64,000 bases of DNA from Octopus vulgaris (GCA_951406725.2 OX597817.1:140492001-140556000), one strand, 5' to 3'. Positions 44,081 to 58,938 are shown, numbered from the stretch's first letter. Notes: a model not told the origin generated them from the sequence alone. Numbers and translations are program-made.

Positions 44081-45787
44081 AATACCAGCTAGTGACACTA
44101 ATATCTTTCAGGTGTTCTGTAGACATTCGTAATGAGGAAATGTGATCGCAGGTTCAAGTCTAGTTATTGCCTAACCCTTAGCCTAAAGTGTACGACAATC
44201 CCTCGACTGATTTTCTATACAAACATGTTAAGAAAAACACCACATACATGCATACAGATATCTAGTACACAAGGTAGAAAATACCCTATGCATTTAAAAG
44301 CCTAATATTTTTGTTGATAGCTGTGTTCGGTCATTAAATTTAGGGTTTTATACCCGCAGAAACAAAACGAAACTTCTTAAACAGCAAAGTTGTGCCAATA
44401 TTTATCTTTTAATATATTTATAATTTAATTGTGAGACACGGCAAAATATCATTTTGAGAAGTGAGTAACAATAACGTTGCATATTATTGATGGAGATGTC
44501 CCTATCTCTGCTACATTCTATTAAAAGCAATGAAGAACCTTTTGTTTTTCTTGAATATATTGACTGTCTTTCTTAACCAATAAATTATCTTACATCGTTC
44601 TTGCATTATTCCGGTGAGTGCAGTAAATAAAGGAGATCTTTCAGAATGGTTTGATGTATAGCAATCTCGATGTATTCACACATTTCAGGTGAATTCAGAG
44701 GACTGTTTCAAAATTACATTAGCATATAGATTCCAGCTTTTATAAAAAGCACGATTCTATAGACGAAAGTCATTCTCAAAGAACCGAGTAAGCTGGATAG
44801 TTTCTATCCACAGAGAGTTTCGTTCAATGTGAATGGAATGGGCGATGGTGAATCGGTGAATTGGTTGTGTTGTCTTCAATAGCACCGATCAATCCTTCAC
44901 AGTGTGTGAGAATTATACAATGGTTTGGGGAGAGATTCCCGTTGTAACGAGGAAATGGAAATGCTTAAAAAACTCTTCGGGAGACTCACCTGGCCATTGT
45001 TGGCTTTAATTATGTGTTCTTCAGATGAATGAAAATATTTACCTGCATATGACCTACCTATTACTGCTAGTTTAATGGGTTAAAGAATTAAGTTATCTCT
45101 CATACTGAAATATTTGCACTGAAGATGTCGTTGTTGTTGATTGACCCTTGGTCAATTCATGAAGCAGACTTTCCACTTGTGACCATCTCTCATTTTTTTT
45201 TCGGATACTGTGTGTCTATGACATTTTTTAAAGCTAAAATTGTCCTTCCTTTTCCAAAATATTGCGACTTGTTTATTTGGCAGCTATGGCTACCAGAACA
45301 AGCGTGAAAACCTCCAGTTTTCTGCAGTGAACTAAAAAACCAAAATGTTTTGAATTGTCCTCAGCTAGAGAATTCAAACTGTATTGTTGGACAGGGTTAG
45401 GTGGGCATTTGACATTTTTCTACGATAAATCTCAAAGATTCAAACATTATTAGTGGAAGGGAAGTAGATGCTAGCAGGAATTGGAACAGTGTCACTATGT
45501 TTTGTAGGCGGATATTTCCTCTAACTTGCCTCCAACTTATTAACATAGAATAACCTAGACTAACGACTTCGAAATTTCAGCTTGCTTACCTTCACCAGAC
45601 TGCTGAATGGAAGAAAGCCAAAACTTCGAAGTCCCTGTCAACCTTCTCCATGTAAAGTTAATAAATATCTGCTTTAGTAGAATGTATTGGATGATCCTTC
45701 AGTTCAATGTTAAATTACTATAAAACACGCAAACACACAGACACACAGAGACACACACACGCGTACGCACAGATACACACACACACT

Positions 45788-45853
<66 letters not shown>

Positions 45854-45880
45854 TTATAATATGACCATAACAACAAACAT

Positions 45881-45942
<62 letters not shown>

Positions 45943-46976
45943 TAGATAGATAGATAAGAGAGAGGAAAAATAATTATCGAATGGGTTATATGTGAATGCA
46001 AACTTTCAATCGATCCCTTAAAAATCAATGAATACTTATCAATCATTTCCGTACTTCTAGTCACAAAATAATAATTTCAATGATTGTTGAAGACTGATGT
46101 GTAGAACAGAGATGAATGTTGAGGATTTGTATTTTCATAGAGTTTGTTGTTGTTGTGATTGTTGTTGCTGTCGTTGTCGTCGTTGTTGTTATTGTTGTCG
46201 TCGTTGTTGTTGTTCGGATGATGATGATGGTGGTGATTCTCTCGAAGAGTTTTAAAAATAGTGAATGTTGATGGGAGCATTCAGATGTTGAAAACGTTGG
46301 AATTAAGACTCCTGCCTCCATTTCTATTCTACAGCGAAGCAGTGTTGTCTCATATATGACGAAGGTTTTAAGCGAAAGTCAGCATGGAATTTTGCCTAAT
46401 TCATTTTGACGTAGAAGCGTCCATTTGTCTACCCTGAGCGAAGATTATTCACAAATCTGATCGGGCATTCAAAGATACGAAGAGCAACCCAAAGAATTTT
46501 CAGTTTTTAAAATATCCCTATATACCAGTGAACAGGCCCAGGTGTTGCTAGGCCCAGGTGCTGCTCCCCGGAATTTCTTTGAAGATATCTCGTAACAAAC
46601 CTCATGACGGTGCCCCCATGTCTGCAAAAGCTGCACTGAGGAATTTTATTGTGCTGAGTGCGTCAATCCTTTGAATGAAATTGACAGAAACTTCCCACTC
46701 ATGGGCAGAAGAGCTCTCTCTGCTATTCTTCGAGGAAGCAGATTTGTCTCCCTTGGTTTTGTAGCTAGTATATGCATACACACATAACACACGCACACAC
46801 CCACACACATACATTCATAAATACACATTAGTTTCATAACGTAAAATATCAAAATAACTTAACATCATAATGAAGGATTACTCAATAGTTATCTGCAGAG
46901 AACATGTTTATTAACATCAAATTTTCGGGTTTCTAGCATACATTTGACGGTCTGATGAAGGCAGGCAAGATATACA

Positions 46977-47007
<31 letters not shown>

Positions 47008-47009
<2 letters not shown>

Positions 47010-47180
47010 TCGTTTGCCACTACACACATTTTTTTCTCTCCTTGTTTTTTCTGTGTCCCTTTCTGTAGAAGAGCGTAAGCTCGAAACGTAAAAGACTTTT
47101 TCTATTCCTGAGCGTTATACTGATACATGTTTGTTTTGTACACCACCTGCCTTCGTCTTTTGTTTGTTTCGTTAACTCTC
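47008..47180 (+). mobile_element. Dispersed ~160-bp module with HHR-like motif on the plus strand (47059-47094)
   Basis: CTTT-CTGTAGAA-GAGC GTAA GCTC-GAAAC-GTA-AAAG; between (TA)n and (TC)n(TA)n. Confidence 0.75.
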
Positions 47181-47208
47181 TCTCTCTCTGTCTCTCTCTC
47201 TCTCTCTG

Positions 47209-47250
<42 letters not shown>

Positions 47251-47338
47251 ACTTTTTAAATCCTTCCTCTGGAGAAGGAACTGGTTTCTAAAAAAGATAC
47301 AAAACTCCATCTTTGGGATGTAGATAATAAAAACAATG

Positions 47339-47575
47339 TCATATTTTAAACTTGAGAAAAACTTCGCATATTTTTACTGTTCCACTAACAGATTGCATTT
47401 GTAATATGCGAGTTACTTGGTTGATTACTTTAAATTCTGAAAAGCCTAGCTTATCCATACTGTCACCGAAGAGTTTACTCCCAAAACCAACTGCATTAAA
47501 TAGTATTAGTACAAATGTGAATTTATGATCCGGATATAGAAGCTGGAGGTTTCGAAGCGGTTGTCCATGGTGATC
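47339..47575 (-). mobile_element. C-terminal REL-domain fragment of an R2-superclade non-LTR element
   Basis: PLRNLQLLYPDHKFTFVLILFNAVG...LGF...LQMQSVSGTVKIC resembles REL C-termini (KY..L......PIIVGALG...LQ...L.GT.KI). Confidence 0.5.
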
Positions 47576-47869
47576 CACTTTCTTTAATTTTCAAAGAAAT
47601 ATTCACATCAACAACACAGCTAACTCCCAGTTCACTCAGCTGCAAAATGGGTAACACTGCGACGAATTGGTGTGCTAGAGTGAGATGGTAACTCAGGAAA
47701 ATGAGTGGAACTCAGGCCCCACGAGCCATATTTTGTATTCACTGAACGAAAGGATGAGTAGTACAAACCGCACTATGAATTCCGACTGGTTGGGGTTTGG
47801 TTGTTCAACCATGTCGATGGTTGGTTGGTTGACTAACTGTTTGATTGATTGAGTGATTGATTAATTGGT

Positions 47870-48031
47870 GTACGACGAGCTTCTTCCAGCTTCTGTCTAC
47901 CGAATCCACTCTCTAGTGTTTGGTCGGCCCGAGGCTTGAGCAGGAGGCTCTTGACCAGGATTCCACACAATGGGACTGAACACAAAAACATGTTGGTTGG
48001 GAAGCAAATTTCTTACCACATAGCCACGCAA

Positions 48032-48035
<4 letters not shown>
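47870..48035 (-). mobile_element. Family D SINE 5' fragment
   Basis: Matches the head half of 33095-33513. Confidence 0.7.
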
Positions 48036-48080
<45 letters not shown>

Positions 48081-48083
<3 letters not shown>

Positions 48084-48314
48084 TTCAAAACAGGAAATTG
48101 GAAAAGTTATTTTTGGTATTATTTGTTCTCCATTACATGTGTTTCATTTGCTAATAGGAATTACAAAGTCTTTCATATTGGATTTCTAATAAGAAATTTC
48201 TTACATGTTTATCCAACATGTACAACTCTGCAATTTCTATTAGCAAATGAAACATGTGTAATGAATAACAAATAATACAAAAAAAAACTTTTTCCAATTT
48301 CCTGTTTTGAGATA
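48081..48314. repeat. Fold-back element, ~89-bp imperfect arms, ~55-bp spacer, next to (TG)n
   Basis: TATTTCAAAACAGGAAATTGGAAAA...CTAATAGGAATTACAAAGT (48081-48169) is the reverse complement of 48225-48314 with scattered mismatches. Confidence 0.85.
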
Positions 48315-48514
48315 TTATTACTCTGTAAACAATATTTCCAGAATTTTAAACTCTAATGTTTGTCTCACTTAAATATAACGTCTACATACGAAATTGTAAT
48401 ACTGGAATAAGCTGAAGTGCTTCAAGTGGACACGGCTTGGATTTTAACCCTATCTACATAAAATTACAAGTTATTATAGTCCACTCTGCACTGTTGTGCC
48501 ATTCAAGACACGTT

Positions 48515-48584
<70 letters not shown>

Positions 48585-49115
48585 TATTATTATGAAAATA
48601 TAGAACTACTTAAGGAGTGATCGGTTCGAACCCGAAACAAAAGATAAGAATTAAGATATAACTCAAATTAGGCAATCATATTCATACAGTTATAAATTCG
48701 ACTTAAACTGCATATACATATATTAATACATATCGACACATGAATATTTGAAAAAATATTTATGAAATATAAATATACATAAAAAGACATGTAAATAAAG
48801 CCCATGTGGCATACGTCTGGAAGGCAGCGTGAAAAAAAGGGAACTGATAAAAACTCTGTTGTAATATTAAGAGCGGTTAAGAGTTCCAATTAAAAAAGTC
48901 CATAGAGTTCGATGTGTTCTTTAAAACTATACAAATGGGTATATAAGCTATAAAATACAGTTCGAGGAAATCCACTTTCTACGGCCATTTCCAGAGTTCA
49001 TGTCCTGGTAGAATAATTAATTAAAAAATCTTACAAACCATGCTGACAATGTCCCCTTCATCAGGAAAGGTATATGTATATATATATGTATGTATGTGTG
49101 TGTATACATACATAC

Positions 49116-49147
<32 letters not shown>

Positions 49148-49178
49148 GTGTGTGTGTATACATATATGTGTGTGTGTG

Positions 49179-49754
<576 letters not shown>

Positions 49755-50509
49755 TATGTGTGTGTCGGGTGTGTGTGTGTGTGTGTGTGTTTATATATAT
49801 ATATATATAACTTCAAAAATAGATCACTGTTATTATAGTTGTGAATCTTGTTGATGTTGTTGTAATTGCTAATGTTGAATCTTTGTTGAATTCCTTTGAA
49901 GATAGAAAACAGTTCTTGTTCGGTTCATGTATTGTTATTCGTTTCCATTTATTTATCTTTGCCACATACTGTTCTAATTCTCCATTAAATATTTCCCAAG
50001 CTTCTTGTGGCAGAGAACACCATGCTTTTCTATATTTGAAGTAAATATAATCTTTCTGTGTCGGTTTTTAGCTGATGTACCCTACACCCAGTCAATATTA
50101 TATTTACTTTCCTTGACTAGTTTTGCTACTTCACTCAGTCTCCAGCAGAGCATACCACTAACTTACTACAGGAATATCTAACATATTCCTACCTATTACC
50201 TTTCTTACCTTGACTAGTTTTGCTTTTCCACGCGCTTTCCAGCTGGGAATATTATACTATTAACTTACTCCTGGAACAGCTAAAGTATCTATAGCCATTA
50301 TCTTAGTTTTTACATTTACTTCTCCTATAAGTATTAATCTAATGCGTCTATAATATTACTTCTTAACCTTTTCTTTCGTGTGTACATGTTTTCTGCTTTA
50401 TCTACTTCATTAATTCCGAATTATTTCTTAGTCTGGATTTCGTTAAATTCTCTTTGTTTAAGTATCTAACATGATTCTAGTGCATTTTAGTTTTCCTTAC
50501 TACATTTAT

Positions 50510-50522
50510 GTTGTTTTTATTG

Positions 50523-50594
<72 letters not shown>

Positions 50595-50615
50595 GATATT
50601 ATTATTATTATTAGA

Positions 50616-50648
<33 letters not shown>

Positions 50649-50687
50649 CATTAGTTATTATCATTATTATATTATTAGTTATTATTA

Positions 50688-50767
<80 letters not shown>

Positions 50768-50784
50768 TATTGTTATTATTATTA

Positions 50785-50828
<44 letters not shown>

Positions 50829-50832
50829 GTTG

Positions 50833-50863
<31 letters not shown>

Positions 50864-50880
50864 TATTGTTATTATTATTA

Positions 50881-50946
<66 letters not shown>
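50510..50946. repeat. Long (TTA)n microsatellite with variants
   Basis: Directly visible, about 430 bp. Confidence 0.97.
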
Positions 50947-51395
50947 GGCAGTGAGCTGGCTGAATCGTTAGCACGCTAAGCGAAATGCTCAACAGTAATT
51001 CCTCCGCCTTCACGTTTTCAGTTCAAATTTCACCGAGGTCGACTTTGCCTATCACCCTTTCGGAGTCGATGAAATAAGTACCAGTTACGCACTGGGGTTG
51101 ATATAAGCAAGTATTTTCCTCCCCACCAAAATTTGAGGCCTTGTACCTTTAGTAGAAAGGATTATTATCATCACCAAATATGGCGGCTGGTGGACGGAAT
51201 CGTTTGCACGCCGAACAAAATGTTTAGCGTCATTTCATCGGTCTTTACGTTCTGAGTACAAATTTCGCCGAGGGCGACTTTGCTTTTCATCATTTCGGGA
51301 TCGATAAAATGAGTACCAGTTGTGCACTGGGGTCGATATAATCGACTCATCCCCCTCCCTCGAAATTGCTAGCCATGTGCCAAAATTTTAAACCA
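50947..51395 (+). mobile_element. Two tandem family C SINEs (about 50947-51160 and 51181-51395)
   Basis: Each has a GCTGG...GAATCGTT head and CCGAGG.CGACTTTGC.T.TCA.C.TTTCGG core. Confidence 0.75.
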
Positions 51396-51502
51396 TTATT
51401 ATTGTTATCATCCTCCTCATTATAATGACCGTCATCATCATCATCGACGTCGTTGTTGTTTTTGATGTTGTTGTAGTTGCTATTTTTGTCGTTGTTGTTG
51501 CT

Positions 51503-51800
51503 GATGGGAGAAGTCCGAAACGTAGTCCTTTGCTATTTGTAAGACCCGCAGAAGAGAAAGCAGGTCAACCCCAAATACCGAGAGCATCGACGGATGGATG
51601 AATGCGCATCCTGGCTCAGTGGTTGCGTAGGAAGTCGGGGACAAGAAACAGGAAGAAAGAGTGAGAGAAAGTTGGGGCGAAAGAGTACAACAGGGGTCGC
51701 CACCAACCCCTGCCTCGTGGAGCTTTTAGGTGTTTTCGCTCAATAAACACACACAACGCCCGGTCTGGGAATCGAAACCATTGGTCCATTGCGCCTCCAC
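51503..51800 (-). mobile_element. Family A subtype 1 SINE with small deletion in the head
   Basis: Reverse complement of 8592-8925. Confidence 0.85.
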
Positions 51801-51894
51801 TGCTGCTGCTCTTGTGGTTGTTGCTGTTGTTGTCATTATCTTTTTTTTGTTGTTGTTCAATTACTTGCTATATTAGTAGATTGTTTTCTTCGGA

Positions 51895-52165
51895 TTTTGT
51901 GATGTTACGTCAAATCTTAAGCGTCTTTGGATTCTTGCAGAATATAGGATTGCACTTTTCTGTAGATCGATTAATCATGTCTCAATTCCAATAGGCTTCA
52001 GTAACAGTTTCTCTCTTGTAATAATTGCACAAACCATCACAGCAATAGTTGTTCTCTTAGTTTTCCACAATCTCTTCATCTCTCTGGCTAACTCCTCATA
52101 ATTTTTAATTTTCTCACTTTCTTTGATATCCATTCTGTTGTCATAAGACGTCGCACAGCATCCAA
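51895..52165 (-). mobile_element. R4/Dong-like REL C-terminal fragment
   Basis: YDNRMDIKESEKIKNYEELAREMKRLWK...IAVMVCA (ORF 51975-52307). Confidence 0.7.
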
Positions 52166-52229
52166 TATCCTGATATTGTTGATTGAAGATGTTGCATCTG
52201 CCGGGGGTTTCTACTGTCTGGAAAGTCAC

Positions 52230-54380
52230 AACAAGGGTCTCAGACAGACAGTACTTTACACAATATGCATGCAGTTCCGAGCAAAGCCGACTTTTGCAAT
52301 ACACCAAGATTGTAGGGTATTTCTAAAGTGTCCAGATGTTTCTTTAGGTTGGGTGGTATTGAACCCAATGCTCTGATGACAATAGGGATAATCTTTATGT
52401 TTGACGCTCGTAGGTGACTCATGTTGACGATCTCGATTCTCAGGTCCCCATATCTACCAATATTTTCCTTTTCTTTCATGATAATATTTCGATCTACTGG
52501 AACTGCCACTTCCATTATTAGGCGCTCTTGTTTGTCCCTCCTAAACGTTTCTATATTTGGCCTATATCTGCTTTAACATCTTGTCTCTGTGGAAGTCAAA
52601 GTCCCAGAGGATTTTTGCCTTCCCCTTATCGTCCATTACCTTTTCCGGTGTATGTTGGTACCAAGCATCCGTTACTTCGTACCTATACTTCCGGCAGACT
52701 AGCCAGTGAAAATTTGGGGCTCCCTTATTGTGTTTGCGCTTGTACTCTTTCTGCACAAGACTTTCACAAACACTAACAATGTGAGACACGCTTTCGACCC
52801 TTTTCCCATACATTCCGCAGAGATTCATTGCACTTCTGTGGTTTATATCCCTTTTCACTGAGTAGGTATTCAATGCCTCGTCCTTTTTTGGGCTATTCGT
52901 GATCGGAATTCTTGAGCACTCCCAAGTCCATTTGGGGAAATTCCTTTTGCATTAGTAGCATATTGTAGCAGGTCTTCTTGCTGTTTACCAAATATTCTGC
53001 CATGTTTCTTCTTTCACTGTTGATGCACTCCCGGACATTAATCAGCCCACGTCTACATTTACACCTCTTCATGCAAAGCCTGTGTACGTTCGAATTAGGG
53101 TACCATGCATTGTCATTGTCTTTCATAGGGCGCGTTAACTTTGCGTAAGGCTACAGAAAGTGGGGTCAAGGCTATAACAAATAACAAAGGTGAGCACGAG
53201 TCTTCCTGGAAGATACCTCTATTATTGGTTGTTGCAGAAAAGACATGTTTTGCAACGAAGCATGCTGTTCTTAATCAGTGCACACACGTTCTCAACTTTT
53301 CTACACATGTCGGGTGTTTCCAAAATCCGCGAAAGCGTCAACATGTCGTAAGCATTTTTAAAGTTAATCCAGGCCGTGCCTAAGTTTTTTTGGTACAGTT
53401 TACAGTTCTTCAGTACAACCTTATCTATCACAAGGTGGTCCTTGGTGCCCTTGGATACTTTTCGGCATCCCATTTCTACTGGAAGTAGATTGTTTTCCGC
53501 AAGGAACGTATGAATTTTCCATGCGAAAAATGCCCGTTAACACTTTCTATAAGAGGTTAAGACAAGCGATGGGTTTATAATTACCAACCTCATTGCCGTT
53601 TGACCGATCATTTATCAATAATGTTGTCTTTCTCTCTAAAATCCATTCCAGATCTGCCCCACTCAGTAGGCAATTGTTTTATTGCAATGTAATTCGCTTG
53701 TGTGTGGAACTAAGCTACTTGGGTCAGTAGCCTTGAATCCGGTCTGGTCCTGCCGCTTTCCAGTTTGGTAGTCTTGATACCTGTGCAATTATACCATCCG
53801 TTGTTATGCGCACGTGGTCCTGTCGAGGAGCCTCGGGATGATGGAGTTCGGATCTCACGGAATCTTTACGCAAAGTTTTTAATATCGGCTTCAACACTCG
53901 CTCCCACTATGGCTCCTCTCCGTCTGCTTTCCTCTCTTTCTTTCCAACCAGTTCACCTACTAAAATTGAAGCGGATCTGATCAAGTCCCTTGTTTCCGTT
54001 TGATCTTTTGTCGAATGTATTTCAGAATCTCATCAACATTTTGTATCGCGCATTTCACATTGTTACGGTCGAAACTTCTCAAATTCCCCGGCGGCTTGGT
54101 CTCTGTTTTTGTAACTATTATATCCTCGAGTCTTGTTCTGGGGTTTCTCTTTCCCTCAGTCATATTCTCTCGTAATACACGGTTTTCTACATTACACTGA
54201 GTGGCCGGCCTCACCTCTACTACAACCCCACCTTGCCTACGCATTCACTGTTCTTCACCTACATTAACCTGCTCGAGGATATCACCACCGTCGAAGCTTT
54301 TCCTGATTGTCTTAATCTGGGCCACATTAAGAAAGCTTCTATTCCGAATTATTCTCATCTGATTCATGAGCCCATTTTCA
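52230..54380 (-). mobile_element. Decayed, internally deleted R4/Dong-like retrotransposon
   Basis: N-terminus (53981-54244), RT (GCRKVSKGTKDHLVIDK...AWINFKNAYD), YPNSNVHRLC..R..RRGL, ESVSHIVSVC..L...EYKRKHN, KILWDF, and REL EVAVPVDRNI..KEKE...Y.DL...IPIVI.ALG...LQKSALLGTA.IL.KVL. Confidence 0.85.
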
Positions 54381-55136
54381 AAAGAATCGACTGAGCCTCT
54401 CCCCGTAAAATTGCTGGCCTTGAGACAAAATTTGAAATATCTGTTATTATTGTTGCTGTTGTTATTGTTGTTATTAGCTGTCCTAATCGTTGCTGCTGCA
54501 GAAAATGCAGGATTTGTTCCGAGTTTCAAGTTCAAATTGCTCAAACTCTCTCGTTTCATCAGAGTTTATTAAATGATTATTTACCAGTCACATAATTGAA
54601 TTTAAGAATATTTATATTTCTATATACATCAAGGATTATCTAATTACAAGAATTATTTTTGAAGATTTCACAAGGATTTGAAGAACGATTATTAAAAATA
54701 ATATAGTTTTCACATGTTTGCTGCATTTTCTAATTATTCCTAATTATACACTGTGGAGATTGGCATATTGTGGCAACATTAAAGTTCGTATAATCTAATT
54801 AAACCTAATTAAATATTATTATGTTCACACACACACATACACGCATAAATATGTGTATATGTGTGTGTGAGTAAATAATATGTGTGTGTGTGTGTTTGTG
54901 TGTGTGTACTTCATAGTAAACATTTCAATTTATCTAAAGTTGAGGAATATGACAGTGAGAGTGCTAAATAAATAATTGAAAATGAATAGTCGGAGCTATG
55001 ACAACAACGGGTATCTGAATGAAACAGAACGGAATGGAATGCTCTCGAACTTAATACACATACACTCAGCTGTTATCCATCTGGATGTGTTGACAAAGTT
55101 CACATTCTATTAACTCGGTTTTCAGAGCTCAATATT

Positions 55137-55355
55137 TATTTCTTTACTACCCACAAGGGGCTAAACATAGAAGGGACAAACAAAGGGATTAAGTCGATTA
55201 TATCGACCCCAGTGCGTAACTGGTACTTAATTTATCGACCCCGAAAGGATGAAAGGCAAAGTCGACCTCGGCGGAATTTGAACCCAGAACACGTGACAGC
55301 AGACGAAATACGGCTACGCATTTCGCCCTGCGTGCTAACGATTCTGCCAGCTTCC
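55137..55355 (-). mobile_element. Family C SINE with 11-bp target-site duplication
   Basis: AGCTCAATATT at 55126-55136 and 55356-55366. Confidence 0.88.
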
Positions 55356-55445
55356 AGCTCAATATTGCTGCTCCTTCTGCACATCAATGATTTACGTAGC
55401 ATCCCATCCATGATCATCCACTCTTCATTACTACTTAACCTTTAA

Positions 55446-55662
55446 AGGCAGCGAGCTGGCAAAATTGATATCGCGCCGAACAAAATGCTTAAGCCGCACT
55501 TTTTCTGACTTTACATTCTGAGTTCAAATTCTGGAGGGGTCGAATTTTTGCCTTTCATTCTTTGGGGTTGATGAAATAAGTAACATTTGAACACTAGGGT
55601 CGATGTAATCGACTTAACCTCCCCTACCGAAATTGCTGGCCTTGAGCCAAAATTTGAAATCC
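55446..55662 (+). mobile_element. Older family C SINE
   Basis: GGCAGCGAGCTGGCAAAA...GAGTTCAAATTC...GGGTCGATGTAATCGACTTAA. Confidence 0.75.
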
Positions 55663-55725
55663 TTCTTACTTAACATTCTACAACCATGCATCATCCACGT
55701 CCACACCACGTGTCAAACACTCTGA

Positions 55726-56146
55726 CTTTACTCTTTTACTTGTTTTAGTCATTTCACTGTGGTCATGCTGGAGTATCACCTTATAGTCGCGCAAATCGAC
55801 CCCAGGACTTATTCTTTGTAAGCCTAGTACTTATTCTATCGGTCTATTTTGCCGAACCGCTAAGTTACGGGGACGTAAACACACCAGCATCGGTTGTCAA
55901 GCGATGTTGGGGGGGGGGCGACAAACACAAACACACAAACACACAAACACACACACATACACATATATATATATACATATATACGACGGACTTCTTTCAG
56001 TTTCCATCTACCAAATCCACTCACAAGACTTTGGTCGGCCCGAGGCTATAGTAGAAGACACTTACCCAAGGTGCCACGCAGTGGGACTGAACCTGGAACC
56101 ATGTGGTTTGTAAGCAAGCTACTTACCACACAGCCACTCCTACGCC
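55726..56146 (-). mobile_element. Family D SINE, full length
   Basis: Near-identical to 33095-33513. Confidence 0.9.
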
Positions 56147-56494
56147 TTATTAAAAACCAAACAACAACTCAAAAGCATTTTTCGATTTTGTCCCTTTTAG
56201 CATAAAATAAAAATACAAACACAACTCAATCAAGAAACCATCATTGCCCCTTAATCAGGAACAGCACTCAGCGGCAGCCCTCATAATCAGTCCAAATGCT
56301 AGCTGTTCCTATCCTGGGTGGATGAAAGCAAGAACTGCATCCCAATGATTAGCCTTTCTTTTCAAGAGCACAACCTGCCTCATAACCCGACCATTATTGA
56401 TAATCTACGAAGCTCAAGTAACGCTCACCATAAAATATGGTTTCCTCGTCTGGAACAATGATACCGCTGCTGTTGTTTGTTTGCTTGTTTGTTT

Positions 56495-56857
56495 GTTGAG
56501 CGAAGAGGTCTTCGTCCCAAAGTGAGAGAAGTCCGAAACGTTGTCTTTTGCTATTCGTAAGACCCGCAGAAGAGAAAGCAGGTCAACCCTCGACACCGAA
56601 AGCATCGACGGATGGATGAATGCGCATCCAGGCTCAGCGGTTGCGTAGGAAGTCGGGGACAAGAAACAGGAAGAAAGTATGAGAGAAAGTTGGAGCGAAA
56701 GAGTACAACAGGGGTCGCCACCAACCCCTGCCGGAGCCTCGTGGAGCTTTAGGTGTTTTGGCTCAATAAACACACACAACGCCCGGTCTGGGAATGGAAA
56801 CCGCGATCCTCCGACCGCGAGTCCGCTACCCTAACCATTGGTCCATTGCGCCTCTAC
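56495..56857 (-). mobile_element. Family A subtype 1 SINE
   Basis: Reverse complement of 8592-8960; (CAAA)n tail on the element strand. Confidence 0.88.
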
Positions 56858-58736
56858 TGCTGCTGCTGCTCCTCACTGGGAAACCCTAGACGATATCCAG
56901 AAAAAGAAGTCCTGATCAGAATAAAGTCACTCACAAACACACTATATTCTCTACACCACAAACCTACTGTTTTCTTTCCACCTCTAGCTGGGCTCGTAGG
57001 GCCTCTACTCAGGCAATGTTGTCCTACTCATCTCTTTTCTGCATCCACCTCCCCCTTTTTTTCATTCATCCCCACCAGGCCCCACGCTAATCATCTCCAA
57101 TCCACCTCCACAAGAAAAAAAATGGCAGTATTGCTATCCCATTTCTTGTTTATGTCTTTCACAGCTTTTAAATTTCAATGGTGCGAATGGAACATTAATT
57201 GCAATAATGCCATCGATGAAGGGAAGCTTAGGAAAGCCATAGCCACCATTACTTTCACTACATTCAGCAAGTAAACAGACAGACACACACACAAAGACAG
57301 ACAGAGCAATCTAAAGAAAAACAATAGGAAGACGAGATACGTTCCTGATCCAAAAGATTTGTCTTTCGCTGAGAGAGATGGAAAGAGTTAATGAAGTTCC
57401 GGATGTTATCTTTCTTTGGAAGATGGGTATTGAGGGGAGGATAGAAGAGGAAAACCAATGTATGAATGTACGTGTGTGTGTGTGTCTGTGTGTGTGTGCA
57501 TACAAAAATATACATACGATGCACATATACATATCTATGTGTATATATATTTATCTATCGATACATACATACATACATACAAGCTCATAATTATGGATAG
57601 TGTTTTAGAATGCTGTTGGCTTCAGAAGCTTTAAATAACAATTTCAACCCATCTTCACAAACTAACAAAGCGCTTAATATTCCTGCAGTACTCCTGCTCC
57701 TTACACTGATAAACTGTGCCTATCTATTCACATAGAGAAAAATTACCTGAGCTGAAAGAGATGATATGCATGATGTTGAAAATGTGAATCTTAGATCGAT
57801 AATTGGCAACGTCACAAGGATTGGTGCTCTTGGGAAAAGAACTCTATATACACACCGTACACATTATATACACTTCACGGACTGTACTACGTCTCCCAAG
57901 GTTAAATTAGCTTCAAGTAAAGGCGAAAAAATTGATAGGTTTTATGTGGTTATTAAGTGCATTGTGGTGCGTCGTTTTAGAATAAGGTGGCATTTAGTGT
58001 GAAAATCTTGAATGTTTTTGGTTTGAGACCAAGTCACTTTCCCACATGGTTTGCATACGTGATGGCAAGACAGGTGGCACAGAGATGACTAATTTGTGAA
58101 GTTTTGTGGAGGCTTTGCAGCATAGAGAAGTAAAATAGACAGTGTATAACTATATTGAGGCTCTCTCTTTACGGGCCTAATTACACAGCCATTATAATAG
58201 GAGTCCACGCAGCTGGTAGAGATTGTTTTAGTAAAGGGGCCAAAAAGACTGGATAAAGTTTGGAGGTCAGGAGAGCTGTCATGAAAGTGTTTTTGCTTTT
58301 CAACTGTTCTTGCAGGTGTTGTAGTAGGAGACACTCGTCACCCAGCTGTTAGAGGTGGGGATTTTTTATGCTAAATTTGTAGTCTATCCTTGTCTATCCT
58401 AGTGCTACAATACAAAGATACATTTCCCTCCCAAAGGGCTTAAGTTATTGGCTTTGGTTTTGTGAGAGATGCAAAGAGACATTATTCGAACTGGTTTACA
58501 ATTGATACAGGTGAGGGTAGGGCTAAAGCACATGTCCAATTTAATTACAGTAAAACTGGTAGAACTCCACTTACGAGTATTCAGTAGAGATCGTGGGTCG
58601 AAAGGTCCTGTAGGATATATGGATATGCAGTGAGCAGCCATATCTGGACAGTGGCCCATAAATCCACTAGGTATACATCCACAAAGCTAGAACTTTCTGA
58701 ATCGATTCTTTGTAAGTCTGACATTTAGACTGAAGG

Positions 58737-58775
<39 letters not shown>

Positions 58776-58938
58776 ATAAAAATGATAAGACAACAAAAGA
58801 AAGAAAGAGACCTCGATATTATGTAAATAGAGGAATTTATCTGTAAATGTAATATGTGACAATTATTCGGTAGCCATGATAAAACTCCGAGGTTCGGATG
58901 CCGAGGTGGAAATCCACGCTGCCATCTCTTCAGTTATC

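Noticed and set aside
44689-44788. Plus-strand segment with acceptor TTTCAG and donor GTAAGC
   Set aside because: Stops in all three frames and no other support.
45590-45602. Minus-strand micro-exon candidates (13 nt here; 5 nt near 57747-57751)
   Set aside because: Good splice consensus, but such matches arise by chance in 64 kb; needs RNA-seq.
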